DNA of 60,411 nucleotides, filler included, from Basidiobolus ranarum (Eukaryota): NCBI GenBank assembly GCA_040143965.1. It is 5 parts of 5 records of this genome, joined end to end, with 100 filler letters (N's around TTAATTAATTAA, not from the genome) between each part and the next. Parts side by side here need not be neighbours in the genome. Positions count along the whole stretch, not along the records: positions 48,450 to 60,411 come from JASJQH010007451.1; 4 more parts are not named here. One strand, 5' to 3'. Shown piece by piece: positions 51,018 to 60,411 of this stretch (position 1 is its first letter; each line of letters starts with the position of its first letter). The notes under the pieces were generated by a model. It saw only the letters and a program-made list of their open reading frames with translations, ran no database searches and was not told where the DNA came from. The position numbers and the translations under genes were made by a program.

Positions 51018-52169
51018 TCAAACCATCCGAAATAACTCATCCTCCTGAGACTTGGTGATCACCCTGGAGACACATATAGCACTGGGTAGCCTCAATAGAC
51101 TATCAACAGACTCCTGTCCATATGAAAGAGAGCGGGAGGTAGAGAAAGAACTCATTGGAATGGTAGGTAGCTGATTGACCGAATAATAACTCTCCCTATT
51201 CGCGGGACAAGCGCCATTTCTAACCGAATATATATAGAGCTCCTCCGAATCCGTTAACAAAGGTCGTAAGAGTTTGCGTAATTGTTTACGAAACCAGGAT
51301 TGATGATTACCTTGAGGATGTATCTCCCTACGAAATTCATACTTGTATACTATCTCTTCTCGAATATCTTTACATGCAACTTTGATATCGGGATCCAGAA
51401 GAAATAATATCAAGTAAAGTATCCCTTGGACACTGAATACTACATAGGAGAATTGCTTGGAGGTGGTGGGCATATCTCGATTACTACTTATAATACAACG
51501 TATCAGTCCGATGAACCCAGTCAATAATGGATAGTGACCCACGCGTTGAACTAGACTCTGAAATTCAACTTCATTTCGATGAGAGTAAAGTCGCTTTTTT
51601 CGGATGCTTATCTTGATACTCATGACAACGGTGATGGAAAAGGTGATACTGAATATCAACCAACCAAATAGTGTGAACCAATCCAACATTCTACTCACAA
51701 GATCATCCCCCGTAATATACTCACATACTTGACTCACGGAATTATATCCATACCGGTAAAGAAATACCCCAGGTAAACTGAGCAGGATAGACATCAATAG
51801 TACCAACGAAAAGTAACTGATCTCCCGTAGTTTGGTCACTTTTTGTCGACCAATATATACATACATCAAGTTGTACGCGATCGATGTTCCAAGTAAAATC
51901 ACCATGATCCCCGTAAAGGTGTTCAGCCATGCGATGATCGAACATGATTGAGATACTTCTCGCCAAACTCTACATAATATCTCGGATATATGATGGATTC
52001 CATTGACGAGTAATAGAACTCCTGCAGTGCGAAATGATACTCGACTTACCATCTTCCTGCGAAATATGAGCAAACTTAGAAACAACACGAATCCAAACAT
52101 ACATAATCCCAAGGAAATCCCGTTGAGAACATTCAGAGCGAGATCAAATTGATTCCATTCTACCGCCAT
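51018..52169 (-). CDS. Seven-TM GPCR-like protein, single exon
   Basis: About 7 TM segments, SRVSFR after TM1 and QGILYLILFLLDP in TM7. Same family as 19496-20827. Confidence 0.75.
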   Translation of the reverse strand: MAVEWNQFDLALNVLNGISLGLCMFGFVLFLSLLIFRRKMVSRVSFRTAGVLLLVNGIHHISEILCRVWREVSQSCSIIAWLNTFTGIMVILLGTSIAYNLMYVYIGRQKVTKLREISYFSLVLLMSILLSLPGVFLYRYGYNSVSQVCEYITGDDLVSRMLDWFTLFGWLIFSITFSITVVMSIKISIRKKRLYSHRNEVEFQSLVQRVGHYPLLTGFIGLIRCIISSNRDMPTTSKQFSYVVFSVQGILYLILFLLDPDIKVACKDIREEIVYKYEFRREIHPQGNHQSWFRKQLRKLLRPLLTDSEELYIYSVRNGACPANRESYYSVNQLPTIPMSSFSTSRSLSYGQESVDSLLRLPSAICVSRVITKSQEDELFRMV

Positions 52170-55100
52170 CCTCGTATCCAAGTAAAATACAAGTAAACAA
52201 TTACAATAGAAACTGTACAAAAGCCACTGCTATAGGAGAGATATTTAATGTGTTGTTGTGGAATAGAGACTCAGAGTACCAGACTCCGGTGGTAAATCCA
52301 GTGATTGATAGACTGCCAATGAGTCTAAAGGTACGGGAAAGGTGGAAAAACGCGAACGTCTCCAGAGCTGATGCAGAAATGAATTTCTAATGGCAATCTG
52401 GTGAAATATATTTACATCGATTGTAACACGAATTTCATGAGTAACAGGAACAACAACGAACAGCCCATTATGTGATCTGAAATTGGCATGCCATTTCATA
52501 CCAATTCTAATGCAATGCTAAACATAGAATCCCATATATAAATTGGACATTCACATACCATACAGAGATCTTAGTGCAAGCTAAACGCAACTCAGAATTC
52601 AATCAAATAGCGCTTGTCTAGGGGATAAGTGTACTGTTTACGAATAAAAACCCGAGGGGTTCCAAGTGCCTTTGTTCTCTGATAAAACACCGTGCCACCC
52701 AAATATTATCATGCAACGTCCTACGGGGAAGGGTGGCCATTGATTTCCGAAGTGTTACATTAACTACCAATTATGATGTATGAAGAGTCCGGTTAAAGAA
52801 AATATAATGGGTATTTTCAAGGGGGATTAAGATGTGCATTTTTCGCCGGAATATATGCAGAAACCCGAAGATTTGGGAACAGAGCCTGCATCGTGAATTA
52901 TATATAAGAACCAATCGTGGGTCATTTAATTATAGTCATAGTGTAATCAAAGATTTGGTGAGGAACATGGGCATCGAATTAATCCCATTTTTTAATTTAC
53001 ACCAATCTCTTTGTACTCCATCAATGACCACCAGATGCCTACCCACGAATACAGTGAAAGACATAGACTATTGAACTGGCGTGTGGACTTGTTCATCCAA
53101 CTGGGCTAATTTCGAAACAACTCTATCCTTTTTGGCTACTCTCCGACAATACGACCGTACGATGACAAATCCGTGATCATCGTTGAAATAGGGTTTGAAT
53201 AGGTCTACACATATTTAAGGATCTAAACTAAATAAGATACCCATGACGCAATCTGAATAGGGGTTTCCACATCTCCACTCTAGATAATATGATGTAAAAG
53301 CGCTGAAAATATAGCCTAATTCCCACTCAATCTCGATAGTTTAGTAACCAATTTGTGTATTTCGTGGCCTTGAATATTGAGCAGATTCAATTTCGGAATT
53401 AATAAGTACAAGAAAATAACCCGGGTTTATCAAATGCCATCTAGTTTTTTGGTACACAGATGTTTAACGCCGATCGAATGCAAAAAGAAGAGTAAATTAT
53501 GCTGCCCTGTTAGCAAGGAGAGGCTCTTTGTTATTATTGCTACTTGAGGGCTTCATTGCTAATGCTGACAATGGCTCAAAAATGGCCATGTGAAGGCGGA
53601 GATTAAGCAAAGAAAATGCCACAATCTAATGCAGGTCTGGATCATTGGTTATCATGGTTCTAAACAATGCCAACCAAGCCTCGAGCTGATAATCCCCAGA
53701 AACAAAGATATGCATTAGCCAAACAAAATAAAAATTCATGCCTAGATCGACAGACATTCTGGTAACACAAGGTGTAGAGATATGGCTATCCTGGTGTTTG
53801 ATGACTCGCCTTTAGATAGGAATCTAGTAATAGTCTCGAATGGTTAACATGGATTGTACCAATATAAGTCTAGATAAGTCATTTCTATCCGTTAAGCAAA
53901 AAAAAAGGCCAATACCTGTTCAGTAAACATCCACAGATTATGGCTTACTCACTTCCTGCTTTTGACACATCGATCCGGAGTGTCACTTGTATATCAGGAG
54001 ATAGCTTGGGGAAATTATCGGCGGTTCGTTGTTTATTGGATGCTAACGAATAGTAGAGCAAGCTGCAACTAGTTGGTTCAGGTATGTTCTTCAATTCTGC
54101 CATATTCTGCTCAATAATGAAGGTTGTTAGAGGTAATTAGTATTCCATCTATCGATCGCGTTTGATCAATTGAAATAAGTATAACATACACACGCTAAGT
54201 TAGGTAAGCAATACGTGATATTTCCAATGGGAGTGTTAAATACTCAAACCTAAGATGATGTAAACATATATGCCACGATACAGAACCTCCATAAATGCTC
54301 AGTGTGCATAAAAATACCTCATTCACAACTCTGCGTGGATTTTGACCCTTGGAGCATACGTTGTGGCTCTACTTCATTTTCTAAAATAAATCTCAACCTC
54401 TTGAATCAAGCAAAAAGGGAATAAGGGTCTTGTAGTGATTTTCACTTGTTTAGTACTTTTGACTTCCAGAGTCTTCAAACCAACTGCGGCCGGAATTAGG
54501 ATTTTGAACACTCAGAGATAGCTGATATCTGAATCTCCGTAGCAAGAACATCAACGCATGTACATCCTCTGCTTATCACAATAATTTTGTTTGAATACCG
54601 CTTTGATTGGAAAGTTCGCGATGTGTGAAAGTACTTCTTTGTGTAACCCATGTCCATTGCTTAAAACATCCCCAGTACAAAGGCATATAAAGCATTCAAA
54701 TAGTGAATGATTCATTTGAACTAAGCCACACACTTGAGGAATGGATGGCTTAGTTGAGGCTGCTATATAAGGTCTGTTTTGGATTTGTAATACAGACCAA
54801 GTGTATTTCACAGTTCAGTAACATCAGGTTCCAGCGAGGTTTATTTTGTAGTGACTTGATTGTCTTTGCGCTATGGCTAGGTTAATTTGTGAAGGAGGCA
54901 TTGTACTCGCAGAGTTGCTGTAATCAATATATCACAGATAAAGCCTAGCCAAATGAATTTCACCAGATTCTCTATCAACGTTGTATTTGTCCTGAAGTAG
55001 TTTCAAATGGATTCCCACTCCTGAACCAGCACTGAAGACTATAGTTCGAAGATTTTTAAAAGTAATAATCGGAATGCAATCGTCAGTTAGCTGGGAACAC

Positions 55101-56752
55101 AGTTTCAAGAATCGATTTATCAACGAAGTAACATCTTCAGGCGATTTGAATGGATATTCCATATGGATTTCAGATACAACGACTCTAACATGCTTGATAT
55201 TGATCCAGAATGCCCCAGATATCATCCTACAATCAGCTTTCTTCCTGTTCTTATATCGGTTTGCTTCATTGTATGAAGCTGAGACCAACATTGGTATTAC
55301 GTATTAATATAAGATAAACGGGTAGCATAGGCTTCCGGGTTTCGCTCAGACTGATATCTAGGATTACCGATCCTGAAACATGCAATCTCTGTACTTGTCA
55401 GTGCTTGATGAAGAAGCGCAAGGAGTATGTTCTCATCATGTTAGTGCCATTCAATCTTGTCTGTTCTCTGTGCGATGCTTCTAAGAACCTATTTGGACAA
55501 GCCATGTATGCCACAATGGGCTAAATATATGTTTTCACCATTTGGAGTTGCATTTGTGGTTAGGTTGGTTCTGATCTAGTGACAAGATAACTAAGCCAAA
55601 CATACATACTTAGCTGTTTCTTGTCCTACATGATTGCAATAATGTCCATGAATTCCATTGATGGTTAATTTGTGTTGCAGCTTAATGTGGTAGATAATGT
55701 ACCACGAATTAGCAAGACTGTTATACACTTCCTGAACACAAATTGACGAAGTCTGTGTAAATTCTAGAGCCCAGAAGACTGTCCCCCACAACAAATCAGT
55801 ACGTTGATCCTTGCCAACGTTAGCATTACACACCACATACGTTGCTGCAAAGTAGCTTACATCTATCTGAGCCTATCTAGCTGCCTCTTATATTATCTCC
55901 CCTTCCCCCTCAAGAGTTTCAAATGACCCTGCTTACATCAATATTAAGGATATCCTGAGCCTTGATCAGTACGTACACAATGAAACTTGACCAAGTGTTA
56001 CTACACGTCATCGCAAATATGGTGATATGTCGGCAGTATCGCAAGAATCTGTAGCAGCCAAAGTATTGCTACATATACTGATTTGTTGACATACGGTGAT
56101 TATATTTTCAAGACGACGCCAAGTAATATGGTGACATATGTCTGTTTTCAAGATAATCATTCATACGCAAATATCTCAAAGTAAATTCATTGAGATGTCT
56201 ATTCGTAATATCGATAAAAACAACGCATTGGTTATAGGTGATGGCATGTAGATGGCCTAGATTGAGATCATACTATCAAGTATATATTCACGAGGAATCG
56301 GGGATACAGTAAATGTATGAGGACAGTACCTTGACAAATAGAATATATTATGCTGTATATGATTTCTTATATAAGACTATAGCAATGTCGCATGATAATA
56401 CTTAAGTACTGTCAGAATATTAGAGTTAAGTATCAAAAATTTGTGTATCATGTTTAGCATATTTAATGTGTATTTAATGAATATCTTATTAGCTGAAAAC
56501 CATAATATACTTTGGATATATTAGAGATTTTGAGAAATGACAAAAATTCAAATTCATTAATAACACCCCGAACGTTACCCCAACTTTGGCAGTACTCTAG
56601 TTACATAATCCAATTATACTTTTTACCTTCTTAACATAAATTCGAGTGCTGCTTATTCATCAGTAAATAGTCAGTACTAATCATGTGTACCTTCTAACAA
56701 CCCACTAAACATCCAATTCATATCCCAAGTATTTACAACACATAGTTGGCAT

Positions 56753-57060
56753 TGTTGAAATAAGCATAGCCTAAACATTTATATAGTCATATATAGCTTT
56801 GTATTTAGTTATTCCATATTGAACTAAGATGTTACCTCAAGAGAAATATACTTTGAAGTTTGAAGATATATAGATTTAGAAGCCCCAAAATTTGCACACA
56901 TATAGCTGGGTCCTTATCTAGCACATTCTACTCGTTTGTTTGTTTACATCTTGACAAAGCTTCAAATGTCAACTTTCTACTCAATAAAGCAATACCTGAA
57001 ATCGATCCATTCTCCTAGTCCTCCAAACGACTTGCAACAAACTTTCAAAATACTTCAACA
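56753..57060 (+). mobile_element. Solo-LTR-like repeat, family A
   Basis: Termini TGTTGAAA...CTTCAACA. It is the reverse complement of 37599-37927 (shared AGCATAGCCTAAACAT, AGAAGCCCCAAA, AAATGTCAACTTTCT, CTCAATAAA). No clean TSD. Confidence 0.75.
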
Positions 57061-58251
57061 ATATGCACCTGAGCTAAGTATACAACTATGGTCCCTTCAA
57101 TAGTAATAGTCAATTAGCTTACTTTTATCAATCTCAAAATTTCAAGTTTACCCACACTAAATCAACTTACATAGGTATTTGTATAATATATCTAAATTGG
57201 AAGCAATTCATAGGCTCTTAGCTTATGAATACCCTTCCATACTCCTATACCCTATACCCTATCCCTTAAATTTACTCATACAATCTATTGCATGATTGAT
57301 ATCTGCTCAGAATTCAATGCTGAGCCACATGCTGGGGGATTGGTGTATATAAGTCATGATCATTTGAAGACATGCCACTATAATATCTGCACATACTTCA
57401 TTCACTTATCATTATACCTGTCTGCTTAGTACTTTATCATCTTAGTCCGAGTTCATAATTTATTTTTTTTGGAACTGATTAACTTCCATTCCCACAAATA
57501 TATAAATCCAGTCATTGTAGCTGTTAGATCTATTGCGTGTTGAAATAAAGGCTGCTTTTCACCTACTTCCTCCTGTGTCTCTAAACAAAGTTACCTCCTC
57601 ACATTCCATCCAGTAAGTCTTGGAAAATCTATCCTATTCTCTTTATTTTTCATCTCTAAGTCTGGTTATTTAGTAACCGCAGAATATGAAGCCTGACAAA
57701 GCAAGAACCTGCTGCTTAAAAAGCTCCAACACCTAGCACTACAGCACTACAAGGAAGCTCAACCACTCCACCATGCGCACTAAAAGCATGTTTAGATCGA
57801 ATGGTTGATTTTTCGCTCTGTCACTAATAGGATGCCCACTTATAGGAGAGAGTTTGTTGGGCCATTAATCGTGATTAGTTGAAGACAGCTTTATACTCCT
57901 TGACAAGTAATCGAAGTTAATACCCGATTTGTTTAATAGACTCGCTTCCTATCGAATACCTTAATTACAACACAGATAATTCTATAAGTAACATCCTAGA
58001 ATCAGCCTTAATTTGACCGTTGTTCATTTTGACGGCTAGACTCGGTTAATTGTTCAACTGTACCCCTCTGTATCCTGTTACAATCCGCAATTGCTACCTT
58101 AGCTACAATCCGCAATGAAAGTAGTAACCATAGTGAGACTATGTTCAAAAATCCTGGCTATTCCAAATAATCATGTTGCTAATTTAGGGTACTCCCTTTT
58201 GAGTACGTCTCAATGTATACAACATTCTATTGCTTAAATAGACTGCTCAAA

Positions 58252-60411
58252 ATGGCATCACAAACTATTTTCAAACCTATTCTACAAAATCATCTTTGTT
58301 CTTTCACCTCTAAGATGGATGGCCATTCACAACTGACAGGATCTTCTTACAAAGATATCCTAAGTGCCATCACTGCCATCAAGCTAAATGAATTGAAGAG
58401 CCAGAAGACCAGATTGGATGCACACTATACGAAAACTCTGGAGAGTACAGAAGATAGTCCCACTCTCCTAGAAAAACTGAAGATACTCTGCCAAGGAGTT
58501 AAAGAAGCTCCTATTCCACAAGAAACACCAGCACTACGCATAGAAAATATCGAGGTTTTGATTCTTCAAGCTTCTAGCGATCCTTCAACTAGTTCGTTCT
58601 TGCTCCAGTACTGGATCGATCGACTAAAGAAGGATATCAATCGTGAGCTAAAGCGTTCTGAATATGCCTACAATTTTGGACTTATAATGTCTGAGTGGCT
58701 TAGCTCTGAAAATACCTCCACCGATGCTGATTCCTGGGTTGAGATTGACCCGTCCGCATCTTCAGCGGAGGTGAAATCCGCAAAGTTGGAGACGGAGCAG
58801 CAACTCCATGATATGATATTTGAAGAAGCCGATGTTGATCCCAATGCTGTTAAAAGTTTTTTGACTGAGGAGATCTTCAATCTTCATAGTAAGGAAGACA
58901 AGGTATTTTTGGATACGGTCATCAAAGAGGTAGGGAAATTTGGGGACGGTTTTTGCGAAAGAATGGTTACCGTGAAGAGTGTCAAGTACACGATCGATGG
59001 ATTGCTGAAATCCGATTTATTACCAGCTGATAAACAGTCAGTTTTACAGGAAGTACGGGAAAATGATGTGATCCTGAGGGAATTTGCATCCGTCTTGAAC
59101 GTCATGCTGCGAAATGTAGCAACTTGGTGTTGGCCCCAGGAGGGCATACCTGTAGATCTTCGCAGAGGTATTAAGGGCAAATATCGTGCCTTTATGGAAG
59201 AAGATATTATCACCGCTTTATTTCTGCAATACATTGGCGCTGAATGGTGTGCGTTTTTGAAGAAAAAGTTCATCAGTATCTATGATTCCAATATATGGAT
59301 AAAACCCGACGTCTTTCATGATTTTACCGTTGTAGGGCATCGACAAAAGTTGCAGCGTTCGACCTTTCTACTTTCATCCTTACCAGATTCTATTAAATCC
59401 CAATCTAAGCATGCGTATGATGAAGATGAAGAAGATACCTTCGCAGAGGACGACTCTACTAAGAGGGGTATGGCGAACATCAAACATAGTCTTCTTCATT
59501 TGATGAATGTGGAAGCTCGCTTACATCAAACTTTAAAACCTGATCAGGGGTTCACTATAGTTGGCTCAGACTTCGAATGGTTTGGCCCTTCAATTCCACA
59601 TTCAGTGATCCTCATATTTTTGGAGTTCTTTGGAGTTCCTAAAATATGGATAAAATTCTTTGAACAGTATTTAAAGACTCCTGTCCTACTTCCCTCAGAT
59701 AAATCTCTACATACCCGTCAGCGAGGAGTTCCTGTCTCTCACTTGTTATCAACAATATTCGCCGAGACTATACTGTTCGGATTAGATCTGTATATAGTTC
59801 GTTCTACTGGCATCTTTCTCTACCGTATTCATGACGATCTCTGGTTTTGGGATAGTGATGGCAGTAAAGTCGAGTTAGCATGGAGCAACATGAAGAAATT
59901 CTCAGATATAATGGGTCTAAAACTCAATCAAGAAAAGAGTGGATCCGTGACGGTTTTCTCAGCGGAAAAATTGAAAAATATCGCTACATCGAATATTCTC
60001 GAAAATGAATTGCCATCTAACAAAAAGGATTTGAAAACCGATGCACCACCAATATACTATGGACAAGGTTCCCTTCCACAAGATACTGTGAAGTGGGGTT
60101 TGATTGTTCTACATTCCGATGGAGCGTTTCACATAGACCATCCTAGTATGGAAAAATTTATTGCCGAGATGGAGAATCGACTTTCTGCAGCCAACTCTGT
60201 AGTTGAATGGGTCAACATTTTTAACAAATACATGACATTCTTCTTACGAAGCTTCGGACAATTCGCCAATGTCTTCGGTGTGCAACATGCCAACCAAATC
60301 ATTGAGGCTCTAAAGATGATCGAGCACAAAATTTTTCGTTCACAGAATGGTGACGCTTTGACATACCTGTCTACGATCATTAAAGCACGCATACCTTCAT
60401 TGCAAGATACT
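58252..60411 (+). CDS. rvt: Cellular reverse-transcriptase-related protein (rvt family), intronless, at least 720 aa, 3'-truncated by the contig/window end
   Basis: Manual translation finds no stop. N-terminal ITAIKLNEL, LQASSDPS, YAYNFGLIMSEWL and GLLKSDLL. Then EFASVLN..WCWP..RRGIKGKYRAFMEEDIITALFLQYIG, motif A GSDFEWFGPSIPH (D at 59569), motif B RGVPVSH...FAE, motif C LYRIHDDLWFW (DD at 59833-59838), MGLKLNQEKSGS and VKWGLIVL. Alternative ATG at 58315. Confidence 0.92.
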   Translation, partial: MASQTIFKPILQNHLCSFTSKMDGHSQLTGSSYKDILSAITAIKLNELKSQKTRLDAHYTKTLESTEDSPTLLEKLKILCQGVKEAPIPQETPALRIENIEVLILQASSDPSTSSFLLQYWIDRLKKDINRELKRSEYAYNFGLIMSEWLSSENTSTDADSWVEIDPSASSAEVKSAKLETEQQLHDMIFEEADVDPNAVKSFLTEEIFNLHSKEDKVFLDTVIKEVGKFGDGFCERMVTVKSVKYTIDGLLKSDLLPADKQSVLQEVRENDVILREFASVLNVMLRNVATWCWPQEGIPVDLRRGIKGKYRAFMEEDIITALFLQYIGAEWCAFLKKKFISIYDSNIWIKPDVFHDFTVVGHRQKLQRSTFLLSSLPDSIKSQSKHAYDEDEEDTFAEDDSTKRGMANIKHSLLHLMNVEARLHQTLKPDQGFTIVGSDFEWFGPSIPHSVILIFLEFFGVPKIWIKFFEQYLKTPVLLPSDKSLHTRQRGVPVSHLLSTIFAETILFGLDLYIVRSTGIFLYRIHDDLWFWDSDGSKVELAWSNMKKFSDIMGLKLNQEKSGSVTVFSAEKLKNIATSNILENELPSNKKDLKTDAPPIYYGQGSLPQDTVKWGLIVLHSDGAFHIDHPSMEKFIAEMENRLSAANSVVEWVNIFNKYMTFFLRSFGQFANVFGVQHANQIIEALKMIEHKIFRSQNGDALTYLSTIIKARIPSLQDT

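Noticed and set aside
54551-55500. Minus-strand ORF fragments upstream of rvt as a possible partner gene
   Set aside because: They are broken by stops with no recognisable family, so there is no support for a functional rvt partner.
58668-60392. Minus-strand ORFs in the track (58668-58880, 58884-59273, 60129-60392)
   Set aside because: They are antisense shadows of the rvt ORF.

Overview
Fungal nuclear DNA, AT-rich with short GT-AG introns. It is probably from an early-diverging (non-Dikarya) fungus, inferred from propionyl-CoA carboxylase and the gene families present. The window is not one locus: four identical 100-bp linkers (44 N + TTAATTAATTAA + 44 N) join five contigs of steadily falling length (12034, 12022, 12002, 11991, 11962 bp). 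Gene neighbourhoods are therefore only meaningful within a contig. Contig 1: PCC beta subunit, DUF1749 hydrolase, Pcl-type cyclin, F-box relic and a partial S9 dipeptidyl peptidase. Contig 2: an arylsulfatase with an in-frame TGA at a conserved Cys, a large Ig-like-domain membrane protein and a GPCR-like protein. Contig 3: mitochondrial SAM and CoA carriers, DGAT2, a LysM relic and four tandem Ser/Thr-rich GPI-type genes. Contig 4: LTR-like repeats, a kinase-less Cla4-like PH-CRIB gene and a RhoGAP-like gene. Contig 5: an organellar/bacterial-type LSU rRNA fragment, a rolling-stone-like membrane protein and a GPCR-like protein. The highlight, also on contig 5 and missing from the ORF track, is an intronless, uninterrupted ORF of at least 720 codons (58252 to the window end). 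It encodes a cellular rvt-type reverse transcriptase with an intact catalytic triad (SDFEWFGPS...YRIHDDLWFW) and lies 1.2 kb downstream of a co-oriented solo LTR.
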